From: Mayamaea pseudoterrestris
Lineage: Eukaryota
Reading direction: 5' to 3'
DNA: 64,000 nucleotides
Assembly: GCA_027923505.1 (NCBI GenBank)
Contig: BROI01000023.1
Span: 186,001-250,000 of the forward strand
Shown here: in pieces, positions 9,317 to 21,800 of the stretch
Layout of the letters: every line of letters starts with the position of its first letter
How positions within the stretch are numbered: position 1 is the first letter of the stretch
Notes under the pieces: model-generated
Seen by the model: the letters and a program-made list of their open reading frames with translations, nothing else
Databases searched by the model: none
What the model was told of the DNA's origin: nothing
Made by a program: the position numbers and the translations under genes

Positions 9317-11038
9317 ATGTTGTCAGAAGTATCTCCCGATCTGGAGCCTACAGCTGCTGCTGAATGGACCGTCAGTGATGTAGTCGCATGGGCGCGAAAA
9401 GTAAACCTTTCGGACGACTCAGTGCAGGCATTGCTGGAGAACCAGGTTGACGGATCTACACTTATAACTCTTGATCGAGCCGAGATACAAAATGAGTTAG
9501 GAATTCGATCACTTGGTGCTCGACGCTACCTTTGGGATTTAATCAAGAGTCTTCGAATAGAGCAGACGACAAAAGATTTCATTATTGCAGTCGAACTCCA
9601 CAAAGACGAGATTGTTTCGCTTGAGAATAATCTGGACCTGGAAAACCCGGACAGAGCTTCTGGGGGCAAGCCTTTGGATGCGTTTGTGGCGAACTACTTG
9701 TTGGAAGATGCAGGATCCCAGCGACAGATTGTTCAAGATCATTTGTTAGCTCTCAAGTTGCAGCGAGAGCTGGCTGGTTCTCAAGAAGACTATGAATATG
9801 CCGAGTACGCGCGAGCGGAGCAGCATCGCCTCCAGCAGCTTGCTATTCAAAGCGAATTCGATCATCGATATGCTGCCACTTTGGAAGGCAGACGAGAGGG
9901 AACAGTTCCCGACGACCAGACAATTCGAGATCCTACACTGTTTGGTATGTGCGTCGATGCTTACGCTTTGAACAGAATCAACGTGGCGGAAGCCTTGCGA
10001 ACGCGAGCAAATGTCTCCAACGAAGGAAATTCTTTCCAAGCGACGTCAATCGCTTCTACCACTGCGTCTCTGCAAAGAGACGAGGTAGCCCTCATCTCTG
10101 ACGATGAAGCAGAAGCTGAACCAATGACAATTGGCGAACTGCGCCTTATTAAGCAATGCAGTGTTTGTTCTGACAAGGCGGTACGCGGGTTTAGGCTTGA
10201 TTGTCCACATGAATACTGCGTGACATGCATGCGCCAGACTCTACGAACCGTTTTGAATGATTTTTCACTCTTGCCGTTCCGTTGCTGTGAATTGCCAATT
10301 GATTTGAGTTACGTCAAAATTGTGTTGAAGAAGAATGATGCCCACCGTCTTCTGGCCAAAGCTGAAGAAATGCAAGCCACGAATAAAATGTTTTGCCCTT
10401 CGTGCGGTGACTTCATTAACTTAGATATCATTCAATCGTCGCGTCCCTTTGTATGCAGTTGCGGCGAAAGCCTTTGCCTGCAATGCAAGACGGCCGCTCA
10501 TAATGGGCGGTCCTGTAACGAAAATCAAGCAGCTGTGCACGGATCAAACGAGTTGGTGTTGGAGGTAGCTCGTGCTCAAGGATGGAAGCAGTGCCCGGGA
10601 TGTGATACGCTAATTGAATTAGTTTATGGTTGCAACTACATGACTTGCTCCAACTGCCGACACGAGTTTTGTTTTCTCTGTCTAAGCAAGTGGTCTTTGC
10701 AAAACGGCGTGTCCTTGTGCTCATCAGGACGTTGCGACGTTTGGGACGCTGATAGGCTTCTCCAAGCTGGCGAGGCTCGTGTCCAAGCGGAAGAAGCAAG
10801 GCGAGGAGCGGAGCTGGCAGCCGACGTCCGCCAGAGGCATCTCGAGCGTGCCATGGAAGGATTGAGATTTAATGAAGGATGCAATCACCAGTGGAGAAAA
10901 AGTTACGGTCATGCAGGAGCATGTGAGCGCTGTGGCTTTGAGTTGCATATGTATTCTATGACTTGCGGCGGAGGTTGCGGATCCCATGTATGTTACACAT
11001 GTGCCCATCATCGTATTCCTCGTTGGGGGTGGCGCTGA
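9317..11038 (+). CDS. SAM-domain + RBR E3 ubiquitin ligase with a C-terminal Cys/His-rich tail
   Basis: N-terminal WTVSDVVAWA...ENQVDGSTL...ELGIRSLGARR (SAM); RBR paralogous to 8066-8668; tail CNHQW..CERC..C...C..HVCYTC. Confidence 0.88.
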   Translation: MLSEVSPDLEPTAAAEWTVSDVVAWARKVNLSDDSVQALLENQVDGSTLITLDRAEIQNELGIRSLGARRYLWDLIKSLRIEQTTKDFIIAVELHKDEIVSLENNLDLENPDRASGGKPLDAFVANYLLEDAGSQRQIVQDHLLALKLQRELAGSQEDYEYAEYARAEQHRLQQLAIQSEFDHRYAATLEGRREGTVPDDQTIRDPTLFGMCVDAYALNRINVAEALRTRANVSNEGNSFQATSIASTTASLQRDEVALISDDEAEAEPMTIGELRLIKQCSVCSDKAVRGFRLDCPHEYCVTCMRQTLRTVLNDFSLLPFRCCELPIDLSYVKIVLKKNDAHRLLAKAEEMQATNKMFCPSCGDFINLDIIQSSRPFVCSCGESLCLQCKTAAHNGRSCNENQAAVHGSNELVLEVARAQGWKQCPGCDTLIELVYGCNYMTCSNCRHEFCFLCLSKWSLQNGVSLCSSGRCDVWDADRLLQAGEARVQAEEARRGAELAADVRQRHLERAMEGLRFNEGCNHQWRKSYGHAGACERCGFELHMYSMTCGGGCGSHVCYTCAHHRIPRWGWR

Positions 11039-11098
11039 GGTATGTATTACATATGGTACATGCTTTATATCGAAGAAATCATTTTGTTATATGCGTAT

Positions 11099-12652
11099 TC
11101 ATCTTAAAAGATGTGTTTGATTTGCGTTCTTCCAGTAGCGCTTGTTCCAATATAGCAATGGACTCAGCCCGATCGTCGCATTATCGTACCTAGATTCCAT
11201 CCCAAAGTATGCACCGATTCCGGCGGACGCCGCCTCCTTCATGGCAGTCCGTCGTACACTGGCGATGGATCGACTCCAAGCAGACTCACGCGCGGAAAGC
11301 TCAGTGAAACGGTTCCGGAACAAGGCCGCCAGATCAACGCGGCTCCCACACGTCGACGCATGCCCAGCACCTTCCACAACATGCACCGAAACATCCGGTA
11401 GAATACCTGCGAGCCTCTCCGCTTCGGCGATGGATGGCAGCGTTCCATCTCGTTCGCCAGCGACGATCAGCACTGGAATATCGAGTCTAGGAGCAACGTT
11501 CGCCAACTGATTCGCGATCTGGTCGCAACCTTCAGCCAGCCACTCGGATAACCTCCACTTCAGCGTCTCCTGCTTCATGAATGGAAGCACAAAGGGCAAC
11601 GAAAGTGCGACGCGACCCATGTATGCTTCCCGTTCGGCCGTATCAATGACGCTTGGCAGTGCCTTGGCGGAAAGAATCAAGCCAAGTTGTGGGAGCGAGT
11701 ACTCATCGGCAAACAATGGCAGCAGTCGCAGCAATCCAAACGCGTACAACCACGGTGGCAAATCGGCAACAGCCGGTCCTTGGGCGGCCAGTCTTGATCG
11801 ATCAAAGCACGTGGCTGGATTAATGAGAGAAAGCCCTTGTAAAGTAACGCTTGGATTAGAATCGTTGCCATTATCACTTTCCTTTGAAACCAATCGACTG
11901 GCAACATTAAGCGCTAGGATGCCTCCAAACGACTCGCCGGCAAGATAAACGGAACGTTTTTGTTTTGGAGCACCTTCCTTGCGACCAACTCCAAGGAAAT
12001 TTAGCAAAAGACTGTAGCTGCTGCTGCTGCTGCTAGTGTTGTTGTGTTCATGGGAGGTTTCATTCGCAGAATGCGCTGCGTCCAATAGTTCGCTCTGAAG
12101 ATATTGAATGACTTGGTCGCTCAGTTCTGCAAAGCTTGATCGATCGTCTGTACCAATCGTCATGCATCTAACATCAAAGATTGTCGAAAGCTCTGGAAAC
12201 TGTAAAAAAGGCGAAAAAAAGGTTCCATCAAATCCAGGAAGATAGAGGAGGAGGGGCTTGTTGGCAAGGGTCCCATTTTCATATTCTTCCACAACTGATT
12301 TGTAACCATATTCGAGTAAAGGAGATATGAAGCGAACGTCTCGTGTTCTATTTGGTATGTTTGGCAGTATAGATTGTGTTGAAGTTGCGTCAGAATCTTG
12401 GCGAATTGAAGGAGCATTGGCAATTGGACCGGCAAAGAGGCGAGACTCGATGCGAATCATCCGGCCAGGTCGTCGAACTTTTATGACAAGTGGATGAAAC
12501 GCACATGCCAGGGTGAAGCATAGCGCAATTTGGAAGAATGTAGTCGCTTGAAAAAGATGAAATCTTTGATTCTTGGATCGCTGGTTTCGCAGTTGATGAC
12601 GCTCGCATCTTTGGCGACGGAGCTGCCACTGTAATAAGTATCGCTCGATCAT
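11099..12652 (-). CDS. Alpha/beta hydrolase related to the hydrolase domain of phytyl ester synthase/ELT acyltransferases
   Basis: PLLLYLPGFDG, YLAGESFGG (nucleophile elbow), LINPAT, GERDGTLPS..EAERL, GAGH; hydrophobic LACAFHP presequence-like segment; start uncertain. Confidence 0.8.
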   Translation of the reverse strand: MIERYLLQWQLRRQRCERHQLRNQRSKNQRFHLFQATTFFQIALCFTLACAFHPLVIKVRRPGRMIRIESRLFAGPIANAPSIRQDSDATSTQSILPNIPNRTRDVRFISPLLEYGYKSVVEEYENGTLANKPLLLYLPGFDGTFFSPFLQFPELSTIFDVRCMTIGTDDRSSFAELSDQVIQYLQSELLDAAHSANETSHEHNNTSSSSSSYSLLLNFLGVGRKEGAPKQKRSVYLAGESFGGILALNVASRLVSKESDNGNDSNPSVTLQGLSLINPATCFDRSRLAAQGPAVADLPPWLYAFGLLRLLPLFADEYSLPQLGLILSAKALPSVIDTAEREAYMGRVALSLPFVLPFMKQETLKWRLSEWLAEGCDQIANQLANVAPRLDIPVLIVAGERDGTLPSIAEAERLAGILPDVSVHVVEGAGHASTCGSRVDLAALFRNRFTELSARESAWSRSIASVRRTAMKEAASAGIGAYFGMESRYDNATIGLSPLLYWNKRYWKNANQTHLLR

Positions 12653-13767
12653 ACCCGATACTGTTAGTGATATAGGCTTTATCACCAATTCAATTTTCGA
12701 ACCGGCAACTATGATCAAGGAGCGTAGTGCCAAGCATGGTTGATGGAGATTGGAGATCGACGATAACGAGTCGAGAGCTTGAGCACAAACATGTCGTACT
12801 GGTTCAGAACGTTTGTCAGACTGGTTCTCAAATTCCGTCAAAGGATCGCATTGCGCTCACAGTCAATACCACCATTGACCAGCATGATGGAAAGGGGTCA
12901 GCTTCCGGTCGCTTAGTGCCCATCGTCCCGAGAACGTGTTCACGCAAAGAAAACTATGAGTTAATGATACATGCAGCTGTTCCACTATTCATTTGGATCG
13001 TATGTCGATAGCGCCTTCGAACATCGACAGCATCGAGCATCGAGCAGTCGCATCAGCCAATGCTGTCAACTTTCAGCGACCATGTATGAGCATAATATAA
13101 TTGCCACCGTGTCGTCCTTGACTGATTTCACGTCATGTATGTAAAGCGATATTGAACGCGCGTGTAGCAGTTCTTTGCAGCCGGCGTCAAAAGGTGGCCC
13201 TTGGCGAATCTCAAATCTATAGTTGTGACAATCGTGACTGGTTTTACAATCTGCAGATGGTTACACACCGAAAAGCATGCTAGGGTTGTGTGAGACAGTC
13301 TCATCGTTTGATTGTGGTTGATCAGGTTTTAGCATTACCAATAACTGAATGCGTTCCCTTGTTAAATCCATGGCTTGCATTAGCATTGATGTTGTTCAAC
13401 TATGAGCTCCAATGAGTTGCGTTTACATGACGCCAATGACTGTCAAAGGACGGCTCGGTAGGTAATGCTTGAATAGCCACCGAAGAGAACGTGTTCTATT
13501 ATAAAAAAACCTATGCCTACACACTAACTGCGGTAGTCATTATGGATACATATAAACGTTTTGCTATGTACTTGGTTATAGCGCAAGATGAATGAGCGAG
13601 CGAAAATGTAAGCGAATTATTGGAACAACAATCTATTGGTAGCGATGAAAGACTGGAAACGGTCCAAGTCAGAAGATGTAGAAAGGAATGCCGGAAGCAA
13701 GTATGGTGTGATTTGTAATGGTTGTTTTGTTGTCGTATGAAGCAACGCCAGCGCCAGCAGAATGCGC

Positions 13768-14454
13768 CTAGAGGAGAGGCAAACAAACCCTGGAAGGAAA
13801 GGGACCGGAGCGCTCGTCGTCGCGATACAAGGTAGTTGGCTGGAAGAGTGCAGGAGGCGATCCATTATGATCATGTAGCGTTCGTGGCGGAGTACTGGCG
13901 TTTGGCGCGGCTTGACATGCAACCAATGCGAGACTTGGTTCGTCAAGCTGCTTCAAACCAAGCGACCTATTCGTCTTGCAACTTAATTTCGTTGTTGTAT
14001 CTCGAAAGAGGAAGGTTGGACGCATCTTCAAGTTGATAATGCTGCTGCATGGGAGCTTGAATCGCTTGGCATTTGCAAGTATTCCGATCTGGCCGTAATC
14101 TTGCCTGCGTTCCGGTGACAAGGATGAGGAGGACTTTGACTCGAGCTCGTCGTCAAACATTGTCACCTTGCGCTTTCCTTGGATGCGAGGCGGAGAAGAA
14201 ATCTCGCCATGCTCACTGCTGCCTTCATGAGAGTCAACGGGTCGAAAGGAAGTGTTTAAATTGTATTCCTCCGCCAAGCCTTGGTTTGCTTTAGCATTGC
14301 AACGTGTGACGTGCGAATTCCGTTCCGGTGTCGGGTGACAAAGAGCGCGTGGAGTGGACGGTGGATTTATCTTGACGGCTTGAACCGCTGATGCCAACAC
14401 CATGAGGTGATGGCAAGTCGAAGTCGAATGCTTGTCCTTGGAAGTGTTAGCCAT
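13768..14454 (-). CDS. Hypothetical protein, 228 aa
   Basis: ATG-initiated ORF, low complexity, no recognisable domain. Confidence 0.5.
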   Translation of the reverse strand: MANTSKDKHSTSTCHHLMVLASAVQAVKINPPSTPRALCHPTPERNSHVTRCNAKANQGLAEEYNLNTSFRPVDSHEGSSEHGEISSPPRIQGKRKVTMFDDELESKSSSSLSPERRQDYGQIGILANAKRFKLPCSSIINLKMRPTFLFRDTTTKLSCKTNRSLGLKQLDEPSLALVACQAAPNASTPPRTLHDHNGSPPALFQPTTLYRDDERSGPFPSRVCLPLL

Positions 14455-15508
14455 CGCTCTTGCTTGCTCTTGATGTTATAACTGTATAACTGCCAGTCAC
14501 TCACTCGGTTAACGCTCGAAGTGAGGTTGAACGTTCTGATCCTCGTTGTGGAACACTTTGTGTCTTTGTCCCTCAACACTCACCTCGTGTGCGTAAGTTC
14601 AGATTGGAAGCAACTCGAACGAGGAGGGAGCCAATGGCTTACGATGAACGAAACCTTGTCACAAAGCATTGGCCGGAACGGAAAGGCAAGGACCAATCAC
14701 TCGTTCCCTGTCACTTGTGAATCGGATGGTCCACGGAACAAATTGGATGACCTCAGCCAATTCAACGGCTACTTTTGTAGCACTATCAAAGAAGGTGTAC
14801 TGACGTAAGCGGATGACGTCTGACATCACATTCGTCACTCTTCCTTCGCCTTCGACGTGACGCCAAACGTTACCCTTGCTACCCGAGTTTCGACCGGCGG
14901 AGTTGCTACGAAGGCATTTAGGTAGCATGGCCTTGACCAATTAGCAAGCGCAGCTTGCGGTTGCCTACCGCTATCGAGGTAGAAAGACTTTGGCTATCAG
15001 GTTCGTACATCTGGCGCAGTATTTTTCTTTTCTGCTGCCATGTTCTTGCTACCCATCCCTGTAGCGCTAACATGAAGGGATCGATGCATACTTACGCCAC
15101 ACCCTTCCATAGACTACTTTTCATAGGGGAACTAGCAATGACAAGGTCGCTCCACAAGGATACCAATGTGTTTTGAGACTTGCATGTGTTGACCAACGTT
15201 CCAAGTTCGCGGACTTCGATGGACGCATCGGTCAATAGCTCGGCTACAAGAGATACACATGAGTGATGTAGCGTTATATTAGCTATTGCATCTATACATA
15301 TTGCGGGAAAACGGTTATATTGTTAAAAGAGGTGACTAGAATGTCATATGCAACATAAAGGGTAGTGTACATGTAGCTCAAGTAGCCATGTCATGCAATG
15401 CGTATCAAATTGTAGAAGGCTGCAGTGCGGCCGGCTGCGGTGCGGCAGCCAAACAGACAAGGTCGAGTGAAGCGACCGATATTCACATGCAACAAAGTAA
15501 CAGCATGA

Positions 15509-16183
15509 TTATTCATCCAAGGTCGGCAAAAGCAAACGGCCTGGAAAGGAGCCCTTGAGGTCGGAAACATCCATCCAATGCACATTGCAGGAGCGTTCAT
15601 AAAGAGGAGGCGGGCTCGTCAGATCATCGTCGCCAGCAGAAATACTTGGCGTAGAAGCAATGCTGGACCAAGGAGTTGCCGATGTCTTTGGTTTGATACT
15701 GGTTGATAGTTCAGGCGATAATGAGAACATTTCCAAGGCCGACGCGACGGAGTGGCTTGGTGATGAAAGGGAAAGATTCTCCGACAAGGCTGAGGCGCTG
15801 CTTTTCGAGCTCTTGGGATACCGGTGCATGAGATTGACGGGAGTTATTTTGTCCAAAAGTTGGAAATCGACCTCGTCGCAGCCACTTGTCGGAGTGCTCG
15901 AGTCGCCACCAGTGAGGGACAATCGTCGCTTGGGCGATACGAGGCTGTTGAGAGCACTGCGTGGTGAGAGCTGGCTGAACGAGAACAAGCTCATGGACTG
16001 ATCAAAATCTTCGACCATCATATGCTTGCTATCTTTGTCAATGTTTGGCCGGGTCGCGCAGTCAGTTGCCTGTGAGTCGAGAAGAGTCCGATGCTTGAGC
16101 GGCGTCGAGAATCGGGGCTTGACGCTGCAGACGACGGAACGTTTGATGGCTTGGCGCTTGTCGGAGGAGCTGGTGGTCTTCAT
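15509..16183 (-). CDS. Hypothetical Ser/Pro-rich protein, 224 aa
   Basis: ATG-initiated ORF with many SP/TP sites; no recognisable domain. Confidence 0.6.
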   Translation of the reverse strand: MKTTSSSDKRQAIKRSVVCSVKPRFSTPLKHRTLLDSQATDCATRPNIDKDSKHMMVEDFDQSMSLFSFSQLSPRSALNSLVSPKRRLSLTGGDSSTPTSGCDEVDFQLLDKITPVNLMHRYPKSSKSSASALSENLSLSSPSHSVASALEMFSLSPELSTSIKPKTSATPWSSIASTPSISAGDDDLTSPPPLYERSCNVHWMDVSDLKGSFPGRLLLPTLDE

Positions 16184-16710
16184 GGCTGAATAGTGAGATA
16201 CTTGAGATGTTGATTAAGCAATAATGACTTGCGAGGGTGGCTTGAAAATAATGAGAGCAGGAAGTGCCAAGGTTCCTTTGGCGTGGCTCGTCGATGCGCA
16301 AATGTCCAGGTGGCACGTCGCATGGAGTTCGAATGCCCTTCGAAACACCGAACTTCGGTCTTACTTTTGGGCTCGGTGAAACTTTTCTGCGTCAGTTATC
16401 ATCGTCAGTGTATCATTGATACGATTGATGACTGCTGAACTTGCACTTGAAGTCAAATTACACCGAGAATGACGGACTGGGCATCTGTCACACATCGTTT
16501 GTTTCTCCGAGCTAGTTTGTGAAAGTCGAAGCCTACTACTACTGTAGGTGCTACTTGTAAAGTAGTTAAAAGCGCAAGCGACCAGTTGATTTGTAACATA
16601 ACAGTAGGTAAGCCAGTTCTCGCAAGCCTATCTCTTGCGTTTTCGCTGTCACTGCTACTGTGACTTGGATAGGTCGCAGCTGACCGAGGTCGAGTCAGAG
16701 TCAGCGTCTG

Positions 16711-16756
16711 CAAGTTTAACTAAACATAAATCCCAAGTTTAACTAAACATAAATCC
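16711..16756. repeat. Exact 23-bp tandem duplication
   Basis: CAAGTTTAACTAAACATAAATCC x2. Confidence 0.9.
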
Positions 16757-18872
16757 ATCGAGTTTTGCTATTCGTTATTTGACGACAAGACATCGTTTCG
16801 CTATATTCGGTACTCGAGTAGGTACGATAAGAATAAAATGTTGCACTCGTCGCATTTACAGACTCGATCATTGCGAATTGAGACGGTTCGCACTGATGCG
16901 AAATCATGCTGTGTCCAATGCCACCCGACGTGTCTCTTGCGCATGAAGGATGCAAGTAATGGCCACCGTTACCTGCACTTACAGACTGATGCAAGGTTTG
17001 ACCTACTGCTATGCGAGAGCACTGTAGTCCGCGATCCAGATGTTGAGCCGCTGTATGATGTGCATTGTGCATCGTCATTATGTCGCATCGCTCGTGCGTT
17101 TGGTCATGATCAAAGCAAACTGTCTGTTGATTTCTCAGTGTAAGCAATTGTTCCTCTCAATCGGCTCCAATCTCTTCTGCTTCAGCTGATTTTTGATGGC
17201 ATTACGGTTAGTTGTACGGTCGGATCATTTCATTGGAGATTGGAGAACACCTGCCAATGTGGCCTCATCGGCAATTAAAGTCACAAATTGATCAACGAGT
17301 TCCTTCTGCCTATTCTACTCATCATCGTCGAAAGTACTCGCAGTCAATCATGTTCCGGATCGGTTAAAACCGAGTAAAGGAGGAGAAGATTCGATCATCG
17401 AATGGTCGAACGAATCTATTGGCAGTTGGCAGCTACTTTTGGCCTACCGGAATACCGGAATGCCAATTCTTTTGGCATGCCCACGTTTATCATGGCACTG
17501 CATCCGTTAAAGAATTTGTTCCGCTTGTTGTCGACGGAAACGAGACAAGGTGCGCCATTTTGGTCTTGGGCTGGGGTTCCGAGCGGTCCGAAATGGTCTT
17601 GGAGGCTCGAAAACCGGGATTGATAAAGAGTGAAAACACAAAAAAAAGTATCTTCTTGAGGCCTAACCTACGTCACCATACGAGGTCCGGATAGCGATAA
17701 ATTCACACGCGATAGCCCGTGTTAATTAGCGTTCGCGCGGTGGACCACGCGATAAATTTCACGCGCGCACGTCATTTTTCGTCGACCATGGCGCATCAAT
17801 CCGTCGCTCGAGTAGTATTCTTGTTCAATGCCTCCACTACTATACATGACTTGCAGTCTCATTACGTACATGAATCTGGGCATGGATCTTAAAGCGTGCG
17901 AGGAATGATAGTAGCCTTTGATGGAGCGACGAGAGCAAGCCAGTCTTTTACGGCGGACGGCTGCGTCTGCCTTGCGAGGGTGACGATTCAATAATGGAGG
18001 ACATGCAGCAATATACAAGGCGTCGGCGCGAAGCACCGTCCATATTATGTACTATAATGAATCAAAGTTTGCGCGACTCGGCGAATTGATGGTTGATCTG
18101 CGACCAATGACGGTGACTCAATCCCTTTGGCTGCTTCCTCGCCTTGTACTTGTCAGCTTGTTAACCTTGCACACGCTAGCGCATGAGCTTCAAAAACAGA
18201 CTGCATTTACGAAGGATTAGCTTGGCTTTAGACGAACGGACTATTGAAATGCGCTTCAAGGCTTCGGCAGCAGCAAGCCTTGCGACATGCTCATGCAGCG
18301 ATTGCTGACGAGCTGGAACAAGGTCAATTACCAACGAAATGGAGGACCAGACGCTATGTATTGACGGCTTTATGATAGCAGACTACAGGAGTCTGCTATG
18401 GAAGGAGCTGTACTCCATTTAGAGCATGCAATGGACTGGAATCCTCGTTTGAATGAGGAATGCGCGCGCCTTTTACACGGTCGCTCGCGACGAAAGAAAG
18501 GCCCACTTTTTGGTAGCTGAATCTTAATTGCGCCCTTAAAAGCATCATATTATAGCTTGTGTGGTTGTTTGTCGTTTGTTGTTGGTCTGGGTTACGGGCT
18601 ATCGCGTGTGAATTTATCGCTATCCGGACCTCGTATATGTCATTTACTTAAGTATGCATACGCCCCTCGTTCCACGCTCCTAAGTATCCATGCGCGCCGG
18701 TTTTGCATGGATGGATCTGCTTGGCCGGTGCCCTACGCGCGTCAGTCATCAAATCGAACCACTTGGAGGAAACCGCAGCCAAATCAAAGCCTCCTGTTGT
18801 ACTCTGATCTTGTTCATTTTACCAAACGACAAGGCAATACATTGAGTATAAGCGTGGTAGTTGTTTTGTATC

Positions 18873-21800
18873 ATGACGGAACCAAAAGGGAGCTTTGACA
18901 ACCCGCAGCAGCCGGACAACGGCACCAAGACGACGGGTCATTCCAACGGCTCATCGGTCGCTCCACCTTCCTCCGGTGACATGAGATTCGGCGGCCTCGC
19001 CGGAGCAGTCGAAAGCAGCATTTCAAGCATTCGCGACAGTCAACGCAACTTGACGGAACTTCCTTCCTTTAGCGTCACGGCGGATGATTTGGCCGTGTTG
19101 AGTACCGAGAATTCTCGCGTTGCCTTGGCGGATCTTTTGGACAAGGGCGTTTTGAAGTCATCCAAGGAGCAAATTGACGGAGACGTCAAGAAGGTAGATC
19201 CGGAAGCCCCCGACGCGCATGCCAAGCTGGTTGCCGACGTTTCTGCCTTGGTGGATCGCATGCGTGCGCAGTCCAGCGATGACGCTGCCAAGGAGTTCTC
19301 CGAGGGCGCCTTGGAGGCGGATCGCAACGCGGACATTGCGGCAAACGTTGTCACTACCGTACTGCTGCAGTCGAGTCCGGAACATGGAATTGATCCGCGT
19401 GAAGTCGAGCATCGTCGAACCGTCTTTGGAAGCAACGCCTTGAGCGACAAGAAGTTGGAAAGCTTTTTGAAGCTATGCTGGGAGGCGGTGCAAGACTTTG
19501 TACTCATCATGCTGATCGTATTGGGTATCATTGGAATTGTGGTTTCCACCACAACTGTGCCGGAGGGTGAAAAGTGCACGACTTGTTGGATTGAGGGATT
19601 TGCCATTTTGGTTTCGGTTTGCATTGTCGTTTTGGTCACTGCAGGAATTGACTACGCCAAGCAGTTTGCCTTTATTCGATTGACGCGATCGTTGAATGAT
19701 ACCAACACCAAGCTGGTTCTTCGCGGTGGCAAGCAAGTCAACGTTATGGATGATGATGTTGTGGTCGGAGACATTGTTTCCGTCAATTCTCATAATGCGG
19801 CTAGCATTCCAGCTGACTGCCTCTTGTTGGGACCAGTGGCGGAACTCAAGATGGATGAGAGCATGTTGACGGGCGAAAGCAAGCTGGTCAACAAGCGTCC
19901 AGGCGATATCATTCTCAGCGGAACGAATGTTGTTCAAGGTTCGGGCAAGATGGTGGTGCTTGCTGTGGGCGTCAACTCTGTGGCTGGCAAGATTCGCGCC
20001 CGCGTCTACGAGACAGAGGATGAAACTGGTGACGAGTTGGAAGGAGAAGACGAGTCGCCTCTTTTTGTCAAGCTTGATACGTTGGCCAAGCGCATCGGAT
20101 TGATGGGTGTCTTTGCCGCCATTATTGCGTTTGCTGGTAGCTGCATCATCGGTTTGGCTGTTCACAAGGATCCAGTACGAGACTTGATTGACTACTTGAT
20201 CACTGCGATTACCGTCTTGGCCGTTGCAGTTCCGGAAGGTTTGCCATTGGCAGTGACGCTTTCACTCGCCTACAGTTCCAATAAGATGATGAAGGATATG
20301 AATTTGGTCAAGCACCTGGACGCGTGTGAAACCATGGGATGCGCAACGACGATTTGTACCGACAAGACTGGTAAGTTGTGACTTAAACTCATGGACGCGG
20401 AGCGCATCTGCTGGTATGGTCATTGACCGAGTATGATTACTAATCGGCCTATATCTCCTCTACTTCAGGTACATTGACTGCGAACCAAATGACGGCCCGC
20501 GCTTTGTATTGTGGCAAGCAAAACTATCTCGTGGCCGATCCGGAACTTGCTCTTGGAGACTACATGAAACAACAAGGCGTCAATGACGAACTTGTTGATA
20601 TACTTTGTGACTGCATTGCGATTGATACGATGGATGAAACAGTTCTTGATTACAAGGACGATTCACGCGCGCAAATTGATAAGGGGCATGGTAACCCGAC
20701 CGAAGTTGCCTTGCTACAGTTGGTCCACGAGTTGGGCCAGCATTATGGCGACATTCGTGACACCACCAAGGGTCGGTCCAGCAAGGGAGCACTCGGAGAG
20801 TCTTTGGCTGAGGGCAAGCAGATTGAGTTCTCATCGGCCCGCAAGCTCATGAGTTGGGCGGTTCCCTTGGAGAGCGGTGGCTACCGTCTTTACTGTAAGG
20901 GTGCCGCGGAAGTGGTACTCGGACGCTGCACCAAGTTCATCTCGTCGGACGGATCCAGTCAAACGTTGGATGACGCAATTACTGAAGAATTTAAGGAAAC
21001 ATCCCTGGCATATGCTCGTCGCGGCATGCGTTGTCTGTCGCTCGCATTCCGAGATTTGCCTGATGGATATGACTTTGATGCTGAGTTCGACAAGATTACA
21101 AACTCGGATGGAACCCCAGCCAAGGCTGCCGAGACTGATATGACGGCGATTGCATTGGTTGGCATTGAGGATCCGTTGCGTAAGGAAGTCCCAGGCGCTA
21201 TCAAGAAGTGCTATGAAGCTGGTATTGACGTTCGTCTTGTCACGGGCGACAACCCAAACACGGCAGTTAGTATTGCGTACCAGGCAGGAATTTTACGCGA
21301 TTTTCACTTCGTCGAGGATACGACGGAGCGAGTCGCTACCAATTTGAAGGAGAATGTGTTGATGGAAGGAAAGGTTTTTCGCAGCAAAGTGTTTCGCGTT
21401 GACGATGACGGCAAGAAGGAATTCGATCAGACGGCGTTTGACAAGATCTGGCCTTCGCTGCGCGTTCTCGCTCGCAGCTCACCGGATGACAAGCTGACTC
21501 TAGCGCACGGACTTAATCAATCGAACTTGTTCGCTGATAGGGAGTACTGTGCGAAGTTGAAGAGTGAGAAGGGTATAACTGTGTTCCCTGATCGTCAGGT
21601 CGTTGCGATGACTGGTGACGGTACAAATGACGCACCAGCCTTGAAGAGGGTACGTTTTTATTGTGCCAGCGACGGTAGGCCTTTGTTACATCCTTTCTCA
21701 CACGTCTGAATTTTTCGAATCTTTCAGGCCGACATTGGTTTCGCCATGGGTATTGCTGGAACTCAAATTGCCAAGGATGCTGCTGATATTATTCTCCTTG

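Noticed and set aside
12017..12034. (GCT)n microsatellites here and at ~37054-37075
   Set aside because: Encode ordinary poly-Ser and poly-Ala tracts
16200..18850. Possible gene or element in the long intergenic region, including CACGCGATA repeats near 17695-17770
   Set aside because: Only short ORFs without motifs; no clear terminal repeats; the imperfect repeats are too weak to call
19040..20165. Long antisense ORFs over the Ca2+-ATPase (similar ones at 6062-6760 and 25111-25803)
   Set aside because: Shadow ORFs opposite well-supported genes
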